Below are positions 46,387 to 57,806 of a stretch of 64,000 nucleotides of DNA, piece after piece; the first letter of the stretch is position 1, and each line of letters opens with the position of its first letter. The notes under the pieces are model-generated. The model did no database searches. It was given only the letters and a program-made list of their open reading frames with translations, and was not told where the DNA came from. Source of the stretch: Gemmatimonadota bacterium (lineage in GTDB: Bacteria > Latescibacterota > UBA2968 > UBA8231). Position numbers and translations under genes: made by a program. The DNA is taken from NCBI GenBank assembly GCA_038153405.1, contig JAYOYH010000008.1, forward strand, positions 38,808 through 102,807. Direction: 5' to 3'.

Positions 46387-47379
46387 ATGGCACGACCCGT
46401 AACCTTATTCACTGGCCAGTGGGCCGACTTAGATATCGAAACCATGTGCCAGAAGGCCAAGGACTTTGGCTACGATGGCTTGGAATTGGCCTGTTGGGGC
46501 GACCACTTCGAAGTGGGCAAGGCCAACGCCGCCTACTGCAAGGCCAAGCGCCAACTGCTGGAAAAGTACGACCTGCAGCTCTTTTCCATTTCCAACCACT
46601 TAGTCGGCCAAGCCGTCTGCGATAATATCGACGAGCGCCACAAGGCGATTTTAGCACCCGATATTTGGGGCGATGGCTCTCCTGAAGGCGTGCGCAAACG
46701 CGCGGCCCGAGAAATGATCGCCACGGCGAAAGCGGCCAGTCGCTTGGGCGTCGACGTAGTCAACGGCTTTACCGGCTCGTCCATTTGGCACCTGATCTAT
46801 TCCTTTCCGCCCGTTTCCCCCGCTATGATCGAGAAGGGTTACCGAGATTTTGCCAAGCGCTGGAAGCCCATTCTAGACCAGTTCCACAAACTCGGCGTCA
46901 AGTTCGCCCTAGAAGTCCACCCGACGGAAATTGCCTTTGATATCGCTTCGGCAGAGCGCGCGATTGCCGCCCTCGACGGGCATCCGGCCTTTGGCTTTAA
47001 TTACGACCCGAGCCACTTAGGCTACCAAGGCGTCGACTACGTCGAATTTATCCATCGTTTTAGCGACCGCATCTTCCATGTTCATATGAAAGACGTCGGC
47101 TGGTCCGCCACCCCAACGGAGGCCGGGGTATTTGGCGGACACGTCGACTTTGGCGACCGCCGTCGCTACTGGGACTTCCGCTCGCTGGGCCGCGGCAATA
47201 TCGACTTTGAGGAGATCATTCGCGCGCTCAACCGCATCAACTACCAGGGACCCCTTTCCGTCGAGTGGGAAGACAGCGGCATGGATCGCGAGCACGGAGC
47301 GACGGAAGCGGCGGCCTTTGTCAAAGAGGTCGACTTCAAACCTTCGGACCTCGCCTTTGACGCCGCGTTTGAAAAATAA
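46387..47379 (+). CDS. Sugar-phosphate isomerase/epimerase (IolE/MocC-like TIM barrel)
   Basis: [39 protein letters not shown]. Confidence 0.92.
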   Translation: MARPVTLFTGQWADLDIETMCQKAKDFGYDGLELACWGDHFEVGKANAAYCKAKRQLLEKYDLQLFSISNHLVGQAVCDNIDERHKAILAPDIWGDGSPEGVRKRAAREMIATAKAASRLGVDVVNGFTGSSIWHLIYSFPPVSPAMIEKGYRDFAKRWKPILDQFHKLGVKFALEVHPTEIAFDIASAERAIAALDGHPAFGFNYDPSHLGYQGVDYVEFIHRFSDRIFHVHMKDVGWSATPTEAGVFGGHVDFGDRRRYWDFRSLGRGNIDFEEIIRALNRINYQGPLSVEWEDSGMDREHGATEAAAFVKEVDFKPSDLAFDAAFEK

Positions 47380-48025
47380 GACAGCGCTCGGATCGGGCGG
47401 TCTCTGGCCACGTTTCTGGAGGCCGCCCTTCTGGGCTGCCGTCTTCGCCGCTGTGCTCGCCTCGCTCAGTCCGACAAATGCCCAACCTCTACCCCCGGGC
47501 GGGCTGGACGCCATCCACCTGCGCCTGGCCGAAAAGGCGCTGCGCGCCCACTTGGTCAACCCCGACGAAAACGCCCTGCTACAGGTTCTGATCGGGGCAT
47601 CGCTCGCGCGCGACGCGTTGATCGATACGGCCGTCGTCTACGATATCATCGTCCACTACGACCCCAACCGCTACCAAGATCCGCGCGTTGGCACCTACCC
47701 CCTGCGCTTTGAAGAGCAGCTCGTTTTTTGGGGTAAGCGCGTTGCCCACTTTACCAAAAGCACGGAGTGGAAAAGCGGGCGTTTCTACCTGCGCGATTTG
47801 TCTACTGGACGCGTCGCATGGGTGTTTACCGCCGACGCCCGCAGACTCTACAATCCGCCCAAAGCGCCGCGCACGTCGCGCGATATATCGCCCTACACCG
47901 ATTTGCAGACAACAGGCCAATGGCTGCGCGCCATTCACGAGGAGGATCGCGACGCCGTGGAACGACGCCTGCGCCAAGAAGCGCAACAGCGCGCCCAATC
48001 TCTGACCAAGGATTTGAAACCGTGA
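47369..48025 (+). CDS. Hypothetical exported protein
   Basis: Fills the gap between two plus-strand genes. Signal-like [18 protein letters not shown]. The stop overlaps the dppA GTG. The TTG start is tentative. Confidence 0.6.
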   Translation: MKNKTALGSGGLWPRFWRPPFWAAVFAAVLASLSPTNAQPLPPGGLDAIHLRLAEKALRAHLVNPDENALLQVLIGASLARDALIDTAVVYDIIVHYDPNRYQDPRVGTYPLRFEEQLVFWGKRVAHFTKSTEWKSGRFYLRDLSTGRVAWVFTADARRLYNPPKAPRTSRDISPYTDLQTTGQWLRAIHEEDRDAVERRLRQEAQQRAQSLTKDLKP

Positions 48026-49584
48026 ACCACCTTTTGATGCTGTTTGCCCTGGCACTGCTGACCGCTTGTGGCGGCGCGCATACCAGCAGCGACACGCTGG
48101 TATTTGTCCGCGGCTCCGACTCCGTCGGACTGGACCCCGCCCTAGAGACGGACGGCGAATCGTTTAAAGTCTGCGACAACATCTACGAAACGCTCGTGAC
48201 CTACGACAAAGAGACGACGCGCGTGGTGCCCCAACTGGCCCATTCCTGGGACGTTGCCGACGACAGGCTGACCTGGACATTTCACCTGCGCACCGACGTA
48301 CTCTTTCACGACGGCACGCCCTTTAATGCACGGGCCATGCTCTTTTCGCTGGGGCGTCAGTTCTTTCCAGACCATCCGCATCACCAAGTAGAAGGGGCAT
48401 ACAAATATTGGAAAGACATGGGAATGGACGAAATTGTCGCCGATATGACGGCACCCGACGACTCGACGTTCGTCATCCAACTCCGGCGCGCCAACGCCCC
48501 CTTCCTGTCCAACTTGGCAATGAACTTCTGCGCCGCCGTCAGCCCGGCAGCCGTCAACAAATACGGACGCGATTTTTTTAAAAACCCGGTCGGCACAGGC
48601 CCCTTTCGCTTTGTAGAATGGCGCAAGGACGAGCGCATTGTGCTAGAGCGCAACGAAGCCCATTGGGACGACCCTCCCCCTCTTAAACGGCTCCTTTTCA
48701 AACCGATCCAAGAGGCGTCCGTTCGCTTTCTCGAGCTGCAGCAGGGCACAGCGCAGGGCATGGATAACCTCAACCCCGAATACATCGAGCAGATTCGCAG
48801 CAACCCCGAGCTCAAGTTGCTGACCCAGCCCGGCATGAACGTCGGCTATTTGGCGATGAATATGGACAAGGCGCCCTTTGACAATCCGCTAGTGCGCCGC
48901 GCGATAAACCACGCCATCGACAAGCAAGCGCTGGTAGACAACTTCTATCAGGGAATGGCCCTCGTCGCCAAAAATCCCATCCCACCCACGCTGTGGAGCT
49001 ACAACGACGACGTGCCGGGCTACGCCTACGACCCCCAGCGCGCGCGCCAGTTGCTCAGCGAGGCAGGATTTGCAGAGGGCTTTGCGACCGAACTATGGGC
49101 CATGCCAGTGCCACGACCCTACATGCCGCAGCCGGACAAGATCGCCCAGGCCATTCAAGCCGACCTCAGCAAGATCGGCGTGCAAGCCACTATCGTGCAG
49201 TGGGAGTGGGGTACCTACTTAGACAAGGTGTCACAGGGCGAACACCCCATGGCTCTGCTGGGCTGGACCGGCGACAACGGCGACCCGGACAACTTTCTCT
49301 ACGTCCTACTCGATCAAACGGCGGCGGAAAAGCCGGCGCAAAACATCGCCTTCTATCGCAGCAACGAACTGCACGAATTGCTGGTAGCCGCGCGCTCCAG
49401 CGCCGAGCGCGCCGAACGCGAACGCCTGTACCGCCGCGCCCAAGAAGTCATTTTCCGCGACGCGCCCTGGGTGCCGCTAGTGCACGCCACGCAAACGGCA
49501 GCGTTTCGCAGCAACGTAGACGGCTTTGTCATGCACCCGACCGGCAGCAAGCTGTTTCGCAGCGTGCGCATCAGCGCGCCCTAA
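48022..49584 (+). CDS. dppA: Peptide ABC transporter substrate-binding lipoprotein
   Basis: Lipobox LTAC, LDPA, PVGTGPF, RPYMP, GWTGDNGDPDNF. Confidence 0.92.
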   Translation: MNHLLMLFALALLTACGGAHTSSDTLVFVRGSDSVGLDPALETDGESFKVCDNIYETLVTYDKETTRVVPQLAHSWDVADDRLTWTFHLRTDVLFHDGTPFNARAMLFSLGRQFFPDHPHHQVEGAYKYWKDMGMDEIVADMTAPDDSTFVIQLRRANAPFLSNLAMNFCAAVSPAAVNKYGRDFFKNPVGTGPFRFVEWRKDERIVLERNEAHWDDPPPLKRLLFKPIQEASVRFLELQQGTAQGMDNLNPEYIEQIRSNPELKLLTQPGMNVGYLAMNMDKAPFDNPLVRRAINHAIDKQALVDNFYQGMALVAKNPIPPTLWSYNDDVPGYAYDPQRARQLLSEAGFAEGFATELWAMPVPRPYMPQPDKIAQAIQADLSKIGVQATIVQWEWGTYLDKVSQGEHPMALLGWTGDNGDPDNFLYVLLDQTAAEKPAQNIAFYRSNELHELLVAARSSAERAERERLYRRAQEVIFRDAPWVPLVHATQTAAFRSNVDGFVMHPTGSKLFRSVRISAP

Positions 49585-49587
49585 CCC

Positions 49588-50595
49588 ATGCATCGCTACA
49601 TACTCAAGCGCATGGCCCTGCTCTTTCCGACCTTGCTGGGCATTTCGCTACTCGTCTTCCTCATGCTTTACTTCGTGCCAGGCGATCCGGCCCAAGTCAT
49701 GCTCGGCGAGCGCGCCAACGCCGAGACGCTGGCCGCGCTGCGCGCCGAAATGGGCCTCGATCAGCCCTTTCACGTCCAGTTTTACCGCTTTTTTTCCGGC
49801 CTGCTCTCCGGCGATTTAGGCCGCTCAATTCGCACCCACGAGAAGATCACCGTTGAGATTTTCCAGCGCTTCCCCGCCACCATTGAACTGACGTTTTTCA
49901 GCATGCTGATCGCCGTAGTAGTGGGAATCAGCACCGGCATTCTGGCCGCCGTGCGCCGCGGTAAACTCGTCGACCTGATCAGCATGATGGGCGCTACCGC
50001 CGGCATCTCACTGCCCATCTTCTGGCTGGCCCTGCTGATGGTGCTGCTATTCTCCGTCTACCTGCCCGTCTTTCCCGTCTCAGGCCGCCTCAGCACGCAT
50101 ATCTACCTCGAGCCCGTCACCTATTTCTACACGCTCGACGCGCTGTTAGTGGGCGACTGGACCGCCTTTTCTAACGTCATCTGGCACCTCGTTCTCCCGG
50201 CCCTAGCCCTGGGCACCATTCCCATGGCCGTCATCGCCCGCATGACGCGCGCCAGCCTGCTCGAAGTGCTCGGCGAAGACTACGTCCGCACCGCTTGGGC
50301 TAAGGGCCTGTCGCGCCGCTGGGTCGTTCTGCGCCACGCCGTGCGCAACTCATTTATTCCCACGCTCACCGTCATCGCCCTTGAGTTCGGCTATTTGCTC
50401 GGCGGCGCGGTCATTACCGAGACCATTTTCGCCTGGCCCGGCGTGGGCCGTTGGCTCTTTCTGGCCGTGCAGGCGCGCGACTTTCGCGCCGTCCAGGGCG
50501 GCGTGCTGCTGATCGCCACGGTCTTCGTGCTCATCAATCTACTAGCCGATGTGCTCTACGCCTGGTTGGATCCGCGCATCCGCTACGACGAGTAG
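49588..50595 (+). CDS. dppB: Peptide ABC transporter permease B
   Basis: PGDPA, GDLGRS, FPATIEL, DYVRTAWAKG, TETIFAWPG, LDPRIR. Confidence 0.95.
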   Translation: MHRYILKRMALLFPTLLGISLLVFLMLYFVPGDPAQVMLGERANAETLAALRAEMGLDQPFHVQFYRFFSGLLSGDLGRSIRTHEKITVEIFQRFPATIELTFFSMLIAVVVGISTGILAAVRRGKLVDLISMMGATAGISLPIFWLALLMVLLFSVYLPVFPVSGRLSTHIYLEPVTYFYTLDALLVGDWTAFSNVIWHLVLPALALGTIPMAVIARMTRASLLEVLGEDYVRTAWAKGLSRRWVVLRHAVRNSFIPTLTVIALEFGYLLGGAVITETIFAWPGVGRWLFLAVQARDFRAVQGGVLLIATVFVLINLLADVLYAWLDPRIRYDE

Positions 50596-50614
50596 GAAAC
50601 GCAGCACATACCCA

Positions 50615-50657
50615 TATAAATGGGCCGATGCGACCGCTGCGCACCGACCCATTTATA
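50615..50657. terminator. Inverted repeat between convergent genes (likely terminator)
   Basis: TATAAATGGG...CCCATTTATA arms with a partly paired interior. Confidence 0.5.
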
Positions 50658-50694
50658 GCTACTCGGATTTCTATCTACTCGAAAAAGGAACGAC

Positions 50695-51825
50695 CTACAG
50701 GCGCGTCCACGCCCCCTTCTTTTTTGAACTCTCGACGGCCGCCTTGACGAACTTCATGCCCGCCACGCCCTCGTCAACGCCGGGGTGATCAAAGGCGTCG
50801 GGGACTTTCCCTTCGCCGTTTCTCTTGCGCACCAAGCGCTCCATTGTCGTGTGCAAATTGGCCAGCGCCTCAAAGAAGTCTTCGTGATGGCCAGCCGGCA
50901 CGCGCAAATACGACGCCACCGAAGCCGGCTCGACGCCGGTACCAATCCAATAGATCTCGTCGTGGGCACCGCGCCGCACCAGCAATTTCTCGGCCGCTTC
51001 CTGATGCCATTCAAGCGATCCCTTGCTGCCGTAGATGCGAAAGCCGTTGTCGTTCTTATAGCCAATGGCAATCTGCGTAGCGGTAATAATCGCCGTCGCG
51101 CCGTTTTCCATTTCGGCAATGACGTTGAAATCGTCGTCCAAAACGCGCCCTTCTACAAAGGCATTCAGGCGCGCCGACACTTTTTTAACAGCCAGACCAC
51201 TCACCCAGGTAGCGGCGACAAAGGCATGTGTGCCTATATCGCCGCCGCAGTTGGAAATACCGGTGCGCTTGGGATCGGTGCGCCAAGCGGCCTGTTGCTG
51301 ACCGCTCTGCTCTAGGTCGGTTGCCAACCAGCCCTGATTGTACCATGACTCGATCTTGCGCACCTGGCCGATTTCCCCGCTGCGCACCATTTCTTTGGCC
51401 ATCATCATCATCGGATGGCCGGTATAGGTGTGCGCCAGGACAAAGGGTACTTTTCTGCGCTTGGCCAAGCGCGCCAGATCTTGCGCCTCGGCCACCGTCA
51501 TTGTCATCGGCTTTTCGCAGAGGACGGGGATGCCCGCCTCGAGGCATGCCTTGGCCGGCTCGTAGTGGGCAAAGTTGGGCGTTACGATCGTCACGTAGTC
51601 TAGCGCTAGATCGCCGCGCTGAACCGCTGCAATCATATCTTGGTAGTGGCCGTAGCCTTCAATGCCGTAGTCTTTTGCTGCGCGCAGCGCGGCTTTGGGA
51701 TCGGTGCGCAAAGCGCCTGCGACGAGTTCCCGACTGGCGTCGAGCGATATGGCGCGCGTATGCACCATGCCGAAGAAACTGCCGGGACCACCACCGCCGA
51801 CCATACCAACTCTGAGTTTGGCCAT
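50695..51825 (-). CDS. Gfo/Idh/MocA family oxidoreductase
   Basis: GMVGGGPGSFFG, VTPNFAH, CEKPM, YNQGWL, GDIGTH. Confidence 0.93.
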   Translation of the reverse strand: MAKLRVGMVGGGGPGSFFGMVHTRAISLDASRELVAGALRTDPKAALRAAKDYGIEGYGHYQDMIAAVQRGDLALDYVTIVTPNFAHYEPAKACLEAGIPVLCEKPMTMTVAEAQDLARLAKRRKVPFVLAHTYTGHPMMMMAKEMVRSGEIGQVRKIESWYNQGWLATDLEQSGQQQAAWRTDPKRTGISNCGGDIGTHAFVAATWVSGLAVKKVSARLNAFVEGRVLDDDFNVIAEMENGATAIITATQIAIGYKNDNGFRIYGSKGSLEWHQEAAEKLLVRRGAHDEIYWIGTGVEPASVASYLRVPAGHHEDFFEALANLHTTMERLVRKRNGEGKVPDAFDHPGVDEGVAGMKFVKAAVESSKKKGAWTRL

Positions 51826-52000
51826 ATTCTCATCTCCTCACATTAGAAATTCACACAACAGCAGTTAATGGGTACGCATAAGGAAGGGGTCTGTCAATAA
51901 AAGCGCAGCGAGCAACGGGCCGTGCGCCGCCGAACATCGGAAGGGAGCCCGCTGGCCGGCTTGCGCCCGGCCGCCGGCGCCATTTTTTCAAGCGCAACGC

Positions 52001-52777
52001 TCAGTACACTACGCGCCGCAGATCTCCGTTCGGAATGCCGTGAACCACATCCTCGGCGCGCAGCGCGCGCTCGACGTCGTGGCGCTTGTAACGCAGCGAG
52101 ATGCGCGTCGATCCCTGCTCAATTTCCACTCGGCGCGGCAGCAGCGCCGCACCAACGCGCGCATACTCAGCCATCGTTCGTTCGACCAACAGCATGCCCG
52201 ACGGGCCTTCTATGCGTTCGCGCAACACCAAGCCGCGGTGCGTATCCACCCACAGACGCCGGTGGCCCTCTCCTTCGGCAAAGGTCACCACCGCTCGATC
52301 GGCGCGCGGGTATTCGACCTCGACGGCAGCGGAATCTACGCCCGGTTCGACTAAGCCTAGTAGCGCGCGCGCCGGCGAGTAGGCACCCAGATCTATACCC
52401 GTCAACTGGGCCAATAATGTTCCACGCGCGCTGCTCTTCCAAGCGCCGCCGACGGCCGGCCCGTACACCGTCAGGCTATCGCCTTCCTGTATGGCGGTAA
52501 AAACGTGGCTGTAAAACGGCCCGCGCACCTCGAAGCGAAACAGATCCTCGCCCTTTATCATAACCAGCGCAGTGGCGCGCTCGCGCAGATCCCCTTGGCG
52601 TAGCTCGACGTCCGCCTCCGCCGTCAGGCTTTCCAGGCCGGCGACTTCGCCCTCAAACAGGTGCCACAGCGCGGGCAGTCCATCCGCTTGATGCCAGTTG
52701 CGGCGCACCTCTGGCGGTGGTGCGCAGGCCAAGCACAGACACAACAGCAGCAGCAGACCTGGCAACACTATAGACAT
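52001..52777 (-). CDS. LolB/DUF4292-like lipoprotein
   Basis: Lipobox CLAC and beta-rich LolA/LolB-type pattern FRFEVRGPF...LPRRVEI. Directly follows a TPR lipoprotein. Confidence 0.65.
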   Translation of the reverse strand: MSIVLPGLLLLLCLCLACAPPPEVRRNWHQADGLPALWHLFEGEVAGLESLTAEADVELRQGDLRERATALVMIKGEDLFRFEVRGPFYSHVFTAIQEGDSLTVYGPAVGGAWKSSARGTLLAQLTGIDLGAYSPARALLGLVEPGVDSAAVEVEYPRADRAVVTFAEGEGHRRLWVDTHRGLVLRERIEGPSGMLLVERTMAEYARVGAALLPRRVEIEQGSTRISLRYKRHDVERALRAEDVVHGIPNGDLRRVVY

Positions 52778-54685
52778 TTAATACTTCAGCTTTGTGCGCA
52801 GCGCACCGTTATCTGGGTCGAACTCCAGTGCGCGACGCCAGTGGCGCTCGGCTTCATCACTGCGCCCCTGGGCATGGGCAATATCGCCGGCGTGTTCGCA
52901 TAGAACGGCCGCTTCCTCGGCATCGCCTTCGTCCATCCATTGCATGGCTTGGGCAAGATAGCGCTCGGCCTGAGCCAGCTCGCCCAGTTGATAATAGGCC
53001 CAACCCAGGCTGTCCAGAAAGGCGCTGTTGCGCGGTTCAATGGCAATCGCGCGCAGCAGCAGGTCCACGGCTTCCTGCAAGTGGATGCCCTTCTCAGCAT
53101 ACATATAGCCCAAATAATTGAGCGCAAAGGCGTCTTCTGGATTGGCCTCAATGAGCTTTTGGAACGTCTCGATGGCCTGCTGGAAATAGTCTTCGCTCTG
53201 CGTTGCGCGCGAGGCCTGCTCGTAGCAGGCACCTAGGTAAAACAGCACGTTCAAATCGTCGGCCAGCAGCGGCACGGCCACATTCAGCTTTTCGAGTGCC
53301 TCCTCCCAGCGCGCCAACTGCCCCAGGGCAATGCCCCACTGCAGCCATACCTGGCCCTCTTGCGGATTGATGCGCCACGCCGCCTCGTAGCGCGATAGCG
53401 CCTCCTCCCAGCGCGCCAACTGCCCCAAGCAAATACCCCAGCGCAGATACAATTCGGCGTGTGGACCAGCCCGCTGTATGCCCTCATTGTAGCGGTCGAT
53501 GGCCGCTTCCCACAGGTTCTGCTGTTCGAGTGCGATACCCAGATAGTGGTAGAGGTCGGCGTTGTCCGCCTGCCGCTCCAACCCTCCCTCGTATACTTCA
53601 ACTGCGCGTTCAAAGCGCCCGGCGCGTTCGAGCGCCGTGCCCCAAAACAGATAGAGATCGCTGCTGTCGGGCATGGCGCTGACCGCCTGCTGCATCACCG
53701 AGTCGAGCTGTTCGTAGTTGTCGAGGTAGACGTAGTAATTGCCCAAGTCGATCCACTGCTCAACGCTGCTTGGTTGCATGTTGATCACCCGTTTGAACAG
53801 CAGAGTAGCGAGGTCGATTTTGCCGGCGTCCGACAGCACGACGCCCAATCGGTAGAGCAGGGCGGGCGACTCTTCGCCAATGATCTCCTCTACATCGGGC
53901 TCGGCGACGATAAGGCGTGCTAGGTAGTAGAGCGGCAGCGAGCTATCGGGCATTTGGCGCGCCGCATCGCGATAGATCTGCATCGCCTGCTGGCGCTGGC
54001 CCTGCGACAGTTTGAGCTCGGCCAACCCCAGCCAAGCGTCTTCCACCTCGGCATTTTCGCTGAGAACCTCCAGGTAAATTTTCTCTGCGCGCTCGCGCTT
54101 GCCGATCCGCGTATACACCGCCGCGATATCCACCTTGATCTCGGTCGGCGTTTTCGCATCGGCCAAAATGGAGTCGAATAGCTTGGCCACCCGCTGTGCT
54201 TGTCCAGTTTCTAGATACAGGTAGGCCAAGTGGCGGTAGAGAGGCCAGCTCGCTTTCTCAAAGTCGAGCAATGCTTCTATCTGCTCTACGGCCTCTTCCT
54301 GATTCCCCTGCCGCTCTAGTATCTGAACGAGAAAACGCCGCAGCTGCACATCGGCCGGATTGAGATCCAATCCCTTGCGCGCAAAGTGCGCCGCCATGTG
54401 CAGATCGTCGATGCGCCGATAGTTGTAGGCCAGTTGGGCAAAAAGGGTGGCGGAGCTCGGGTCGAGGTCGGCGGCGTTGCGCAAAGCGACGATGGCGCCC
54501 ATATAATTGCCCTCTGACTCAAATACCTTGGCGCGGATAAAGTACTGCATCGCCTGGCGGCGTTCTTCCCCGTCGAGCCGCTCTCGATCCACCGGGCGCA
54601 GGGAAGCACAGCCCGAACAGAGCACGACCAGCAGCAACAGATGCGATGCGGCGCGGCGCGCCGCTATGGATCGCGCTATGCTCAT
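52778..54685 (-). CDS. Tetratricopeptide-repeat lipoprotein
   Basis: Lipobox CSGC, many TPRs, ALNYLGY...FLDSLGWAYY...EHAGD C-terminus. ATG 54685 overlaps the dppC stop. Confidence 0.92.
   Translation of the reverse strand: MSIARSIAARRAASHLLLLVVLCSGCASLRPVDRERLDGEERRQAMQYFIRAKVFESEGNYMGAIVALRNAADLDPSSATLFAQLAYNYRRIDDLHMAAHFARKGLDLNPADVQLRRFLVQILERQGNQEEAVEQIEALLDFEKASWPLYRHLAYLYLETGQAQRVAKLFDSILADAKTPTEIKVDIAAVYTRIGKRERAEKIYLEVLSENAEVEDAWLGLAELKLSQGQRQQAMQIYRDAARQMPDSSLPLYYLARLIVAEPDVEEIIGEESPALLYRLGVVLSDAGKIDLATLLFKRVINMQPSSVEQWIDLGNYYVYLDNYEQLDSVMQQAVSAMPDSSDLYLFWGTALERAGRFERAVEVYEGGLERQADNADLYHYLGIALEQQNLWEAAIDRYNEGIQRAGPHAELYLRWGICLGQLARWEEALSRYEAAWRINPQEGQVWLQWGIALGQLARWEEALEKLNVAVPLLADDLNVLFYLGACYEQASRATQSEDYFQQAIETFQKLIEANPEDAFALNYLGYMYAEKGIHLQEAVDLLLRAIAIEPRNSAFLDSLGWAYYQLGELAQAERYLAQAMQWMDEGDAEEAAVLCEHAGDIAHAQGRSDEAERHWRRALEFDPDNGALRTKLKY
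53298..53427. repeat. 28-bp perfect direct repeat with a 102-bp period inside the TPR gene
   Basis: GCCTCCTCCCAGCGCGCCAACTGCCCCA at 53298 and 53400, within two copies of LGQLARWEEAL. Confidence 0.9.
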
Positions 54686-55518
54686 TGGCGTATCGTCTTC
54701 GGGTCGAGCGCGTCGCGCAGGCCATCGCCAAAGAGATTTATGGCGAGCACCACGATAAAAATGGCCATGCCGGGAAAGGTCATTACCCAGGGCGCGTCGA
54801 ACAGCAGTTCGCGTCCGCCCGCCAGCATGGCCCCCCACTCTGGTAGCGGCGGCTGAGCACCCAGTCCGAGGAAGCTCAGACCGGCCGCGTCGAGAATAGC
54901 CGTCCCTAAGCCCAGCGTCGTCTGCACGATAATCGGTGCCATGCAGTTGGGTAGCACGCCGACCATCACGATGCGCATCTGGCTAGCCCCCAACGCACGC
55001 GCCGCTTCGACGTAGGCTGTTTCCCGCACCGTCAGCACAGACGAGCGCACTAGGCGCGCAAATTGTGGAATCAGCACAATGCTGACGGCCATGATGGCGT
55101 TGTCGATACCTGGTCCTGCAACGGCGACGATAGAAATGGCCAGCAGGATGCTGGGAAAGGCCAGCAGCAAATCCATAAGGCGCATGATCAGCGCATCGGC
55201 CCAACCACCCCAGTAGCCTGCCCACAGTCCGAGCAGCGTGCCCACGATCAGCGCTGCGCCAATGGATGCACCGCCGATGCGCAGCGAGATGCGCGAACCG
55301 TAAATAATGCGGCTCAGTATGTCGCGCCCAAAATCGTCCGTGCCCAACGGATGGCCGAGCGAAGGCGGCTGCAGACGAGCGTAGAGGTTCTGCTCCAGCG
55401 GATCATAGGGGGCCAGCACGGGGGCCAGCACGGCGGTCAATACGAGCACCACCAACACCCCTCCTCCCGCCATGGCTAGGCGCTGCTGGCGCAGCTTTTT
55501 CCACGTATCACCGAGCAA
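54682..55518 (-). CDS. dppC: Peptide ABC transporter permease C
   Basis: HPLGTDDFGRD, YVEAARALGA, LSFLGLG.QPP.PEWG, GDGLRDALDP. Confidence 0.95.
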   Translation of the reverse strand: MLGDTWKKLRQQRLAMAGGGVLVVLVLTAVLAPVLAPYDPLEQNLYARLQPPSLGHPLGTDDFGRDILSRIIYGSRISLRIGGASIGAALIVGTLLGLWAGYWGGWADALIMRLMDLLLAFPSILLAISIVAVAGPGIDNAIMAVSIVLIPQFARLVRSSVLTVRETAYVEAARALGASQMRIVMVGVLPNCMAPIIVQTTLGLGTAILDAAGLSFLGLGAQPPLPEWGAMLAGGRELLFDAPWVMTFPGMAIFIVVLAINLFGDGLRDALDPKTIRQ

Positions 55519-55620
55519 GACAGCTTCTCCCTAGCGGATTCATTGCGTCGAGACGGCCCGTTTTACACGCCGACATCTTAACCGTGGGCGCACCCACCGC
55601 GCTGCGTCTATTTGATTCGT

Positions 55621-57798
55621 TCAAGGGGTACCCCTCAGCACCAGCACGCCTAGCGGCGGCAGCTGCAGCACCGTCGAGGCTGGCTGTCCGTGCCAGGGAA
55701 CGTCTTCGGCGACAAGGATTCCGCCATTGCCCAGCCCACTGCCGCCGTAGCAGGTTGCGTCGCTGTTGAGCAACTCGGCGTAGTGCCCGGCACGCGGCAC
55801 GCCCAGCCGATAGTCCTGGCGCGGCACCGGAGTAAAGTTGCAGACGAACAAAATCTCTTCGGCTCCGGTGGATCGGCGCAGAAAGGAGAGGGTGCTATTC
55901 TCTCCATCGAGACAGTCGATCCAAGCAAAGCCGTGCGGGTCGGCGTCGGCCCGATGCAGGGCCGGCTCCCCGCAGTACGCTCCATTGAGATCGCGCAGCC
56001 ACTGCTGCACGCCGCGATGGAGCGCCGACTCCAGCAGCTGCCAGTCGAGCGCATGGTCGTGATGCCACTCATCCCAACCGGCCAGTTCAGCGCCCATAAA
56101 GAGCAGTTTCTTACCCGGATGACCAAACATAAACCCGTAGAGCAGGCGCAGATTGGCAAACTTCTGCCAGTCGTCGCCCGGCATTTTGGCCAGCAGCGAC
56201 TTCTTGCCGTGCACCACTTCGTCGTGCGATAGCGGCAGCACGAAGTTTTCGTGGTGGGCATAGACCATGCTAAAGGTCAGATCCCCGTGGTGCCACCTGC
56301 GGTGAATTGGATCGCGCTCCATATAGTGCAGACAGTCGTTCATCCACCCCATATTCCATTTAAAACCGAAACCCAGCCCACCGGCGTAGACGGGGCGCGA
56401 TACGGCGGGCCATGCCGTCGATTCCTCGGCGATGGTCACCACGCCGGGACAGCGCGCATAGACTACGCTGTTGAGTTCCTTTAAAAATTCGATCGCCTCC
56501 ACATTTTCGCGCCCGCCGTAGCGGTTGGGTACCCACTCGCCCTCCTGGCGTGAATAGTCTAAATAGAGCATGGAAGCTACGGCATCGACGCGCAGCCCAT
56601 CGATGTGGTAGTGCTCAAGCCAGAACAGCGCATTGGAAAGGAGAAACGAACGCACTTCGTCGCGCCCGTAGTTAAAGATCATCGTGTCCCAGTCGGGATG
56701 CCACCCCTGACGCAGGTCGGCATGCTCGTATAGCGCCGTGCCGTCAAAGCGCGCCAGGCCGTGCGCATCCTTGGGGAAGTGTCCCGGCACCCAATCGACG
56801 ATCACGCCCATATTGTGCCGGTGACAGTAGTCGACAAAGTAGGCGAAGTCCTGCGGCGAACCAAAGCGCGCACTGGGGGCAAAGTACCCCGTTACCTGGT
56901 AGCCCCACGAACCGTCAAACGGATGTTCGGCAACGGCCATCAGTTCTAGGTGGGTAAACCCCATATCGCGCGCATAGTCGACCAACTGATGCGCCAGTTC
57001 GCGCCAGTTCAGCTGGGTATTATCGCCATTTCGACGCCACGAACCGGGATGCACCTCATAGATGCTGACGGGGCGCTCTACCCATTGCCCTTCGACTCGC
57101 CTCCCCATCCACTCATCGTCGTCCCAGGTAAAATCGCCGATATCGGCGACGAGCGAAGCGGTACTCGGCGGCTGTTCGGCGGCAAAGGCATAGGGATCGC
57201 TCTTGAGCATCACCTCGCCAGACAGCGCTAGCAGTTCGTATTTATACAGCGCTCCAACCCCGACATGCGGCAGAAAGATCTCCCAGATGCCCGAGTCGCC
57301 CAGCGGCCGCATGCCGTGGCGGCGGCCGTCCCAAGCGTTAAAGTCGCCCACTACGCTTGCTCTGCGCACGTTGGGCGCCCACACGGCAAAGTAGGTGCCT
57401 TCGACCCCATCGACTTCCCTAGGATGAGCACCGAGAAAGCGGTGGGCACCGTGCTGCTTGCCCTCGTTGAACAGATAGCGATCCCCTTCGGGCAACATCG
57501 GCCAAAAAGAGTAGGGATCCCGGATACATCGCTTGCCGCAGCCCGGCTCGACCACTTCCAACTCGTAGGCGAAGAGATCTGCGCGATCGTCTATGGCAGC
57601 TACCAACAGACCCTCGTGGGCAATAGGCCGCATGGGCCAACGGCCCGCACCACCGCGTTCGACGACGCATGCCGAATCGATGCCGGGCAAGAACGCCCGC
57701 ACCTGTAAGGCGCCCTGCACCCGCTGCATGCCCAGCACGGCAAACGCATCCGCGCATTCGGCACGCAGTATCGATTCAACGATGGCGTCGGGCAGCAT
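55621..57798 (-). CDS. glgB: 1,4-alpha-glucan branching enzyme
   Basis: [43 protein letters not shown]. Confidence 0.98.
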   Translation of the reverse strand: MLPDAIVESILRAECADAFAVLGMQRVQGALQVRAFLPGIDSACVVERGGAGRWPMRPIAHEGLLVAAIDDRADLFAYELEVVEPGCGKRCIRDPYSFWPMLPEGDRYLFNEGKQHGAHRFLGAHPREVDGVEGTYFAVWAPNVRRASVVGDFNAWDGRRHGMRPLGDSGIWEIFLPHVGVGALYKYELLALSGEVMLKSDPYAFAAEQPPSTASLVADIGDFTWDDDEWMGRRVEGQWVERPVSIYEVHPGSWRRNGDNTQLNWRELAHQLVDYARDMGFTHLELMAVAEHPFDGSWGYQVTGYFAPSARFGSPQDFAYFVDYCHRHNMGVIVDWVPGHFPKDAHGLARFDGTALYEHADLRQGWHPDWDTMIFNYGRDEVRSFLLSNALFWLEHYHIDGLRVDAVASMLYLDYSRQEGEWVPNRYGGRENVEAIEFLKELNSVVYARCPGVVTIAEESTAWPAVSRPVYAGGLGFGFKWNMGWMNDCLHYMERDPIHRRWHHGDLTFSMVYAHHENFVLPLSHDEVVHGKKSLLAKMPGDDWQKFANLRLLYGFMFGHPGKKLLFMGAELAGWDEWHHDHALDWQLLESALHRGVQQWLRDLNGAYCGEPALHRADADPHGFAWIDCLDGENSTLSFLRRSTGAEEILFVCNFTPVPRQDYRLGVPRAGHYAELLNSDATCYGGSGLGNGGILVAEDVPWHGQPASTVLQLPPLGVLVLRGTP

Positions 57799-57806
57799 AG
57801 GAGCGC

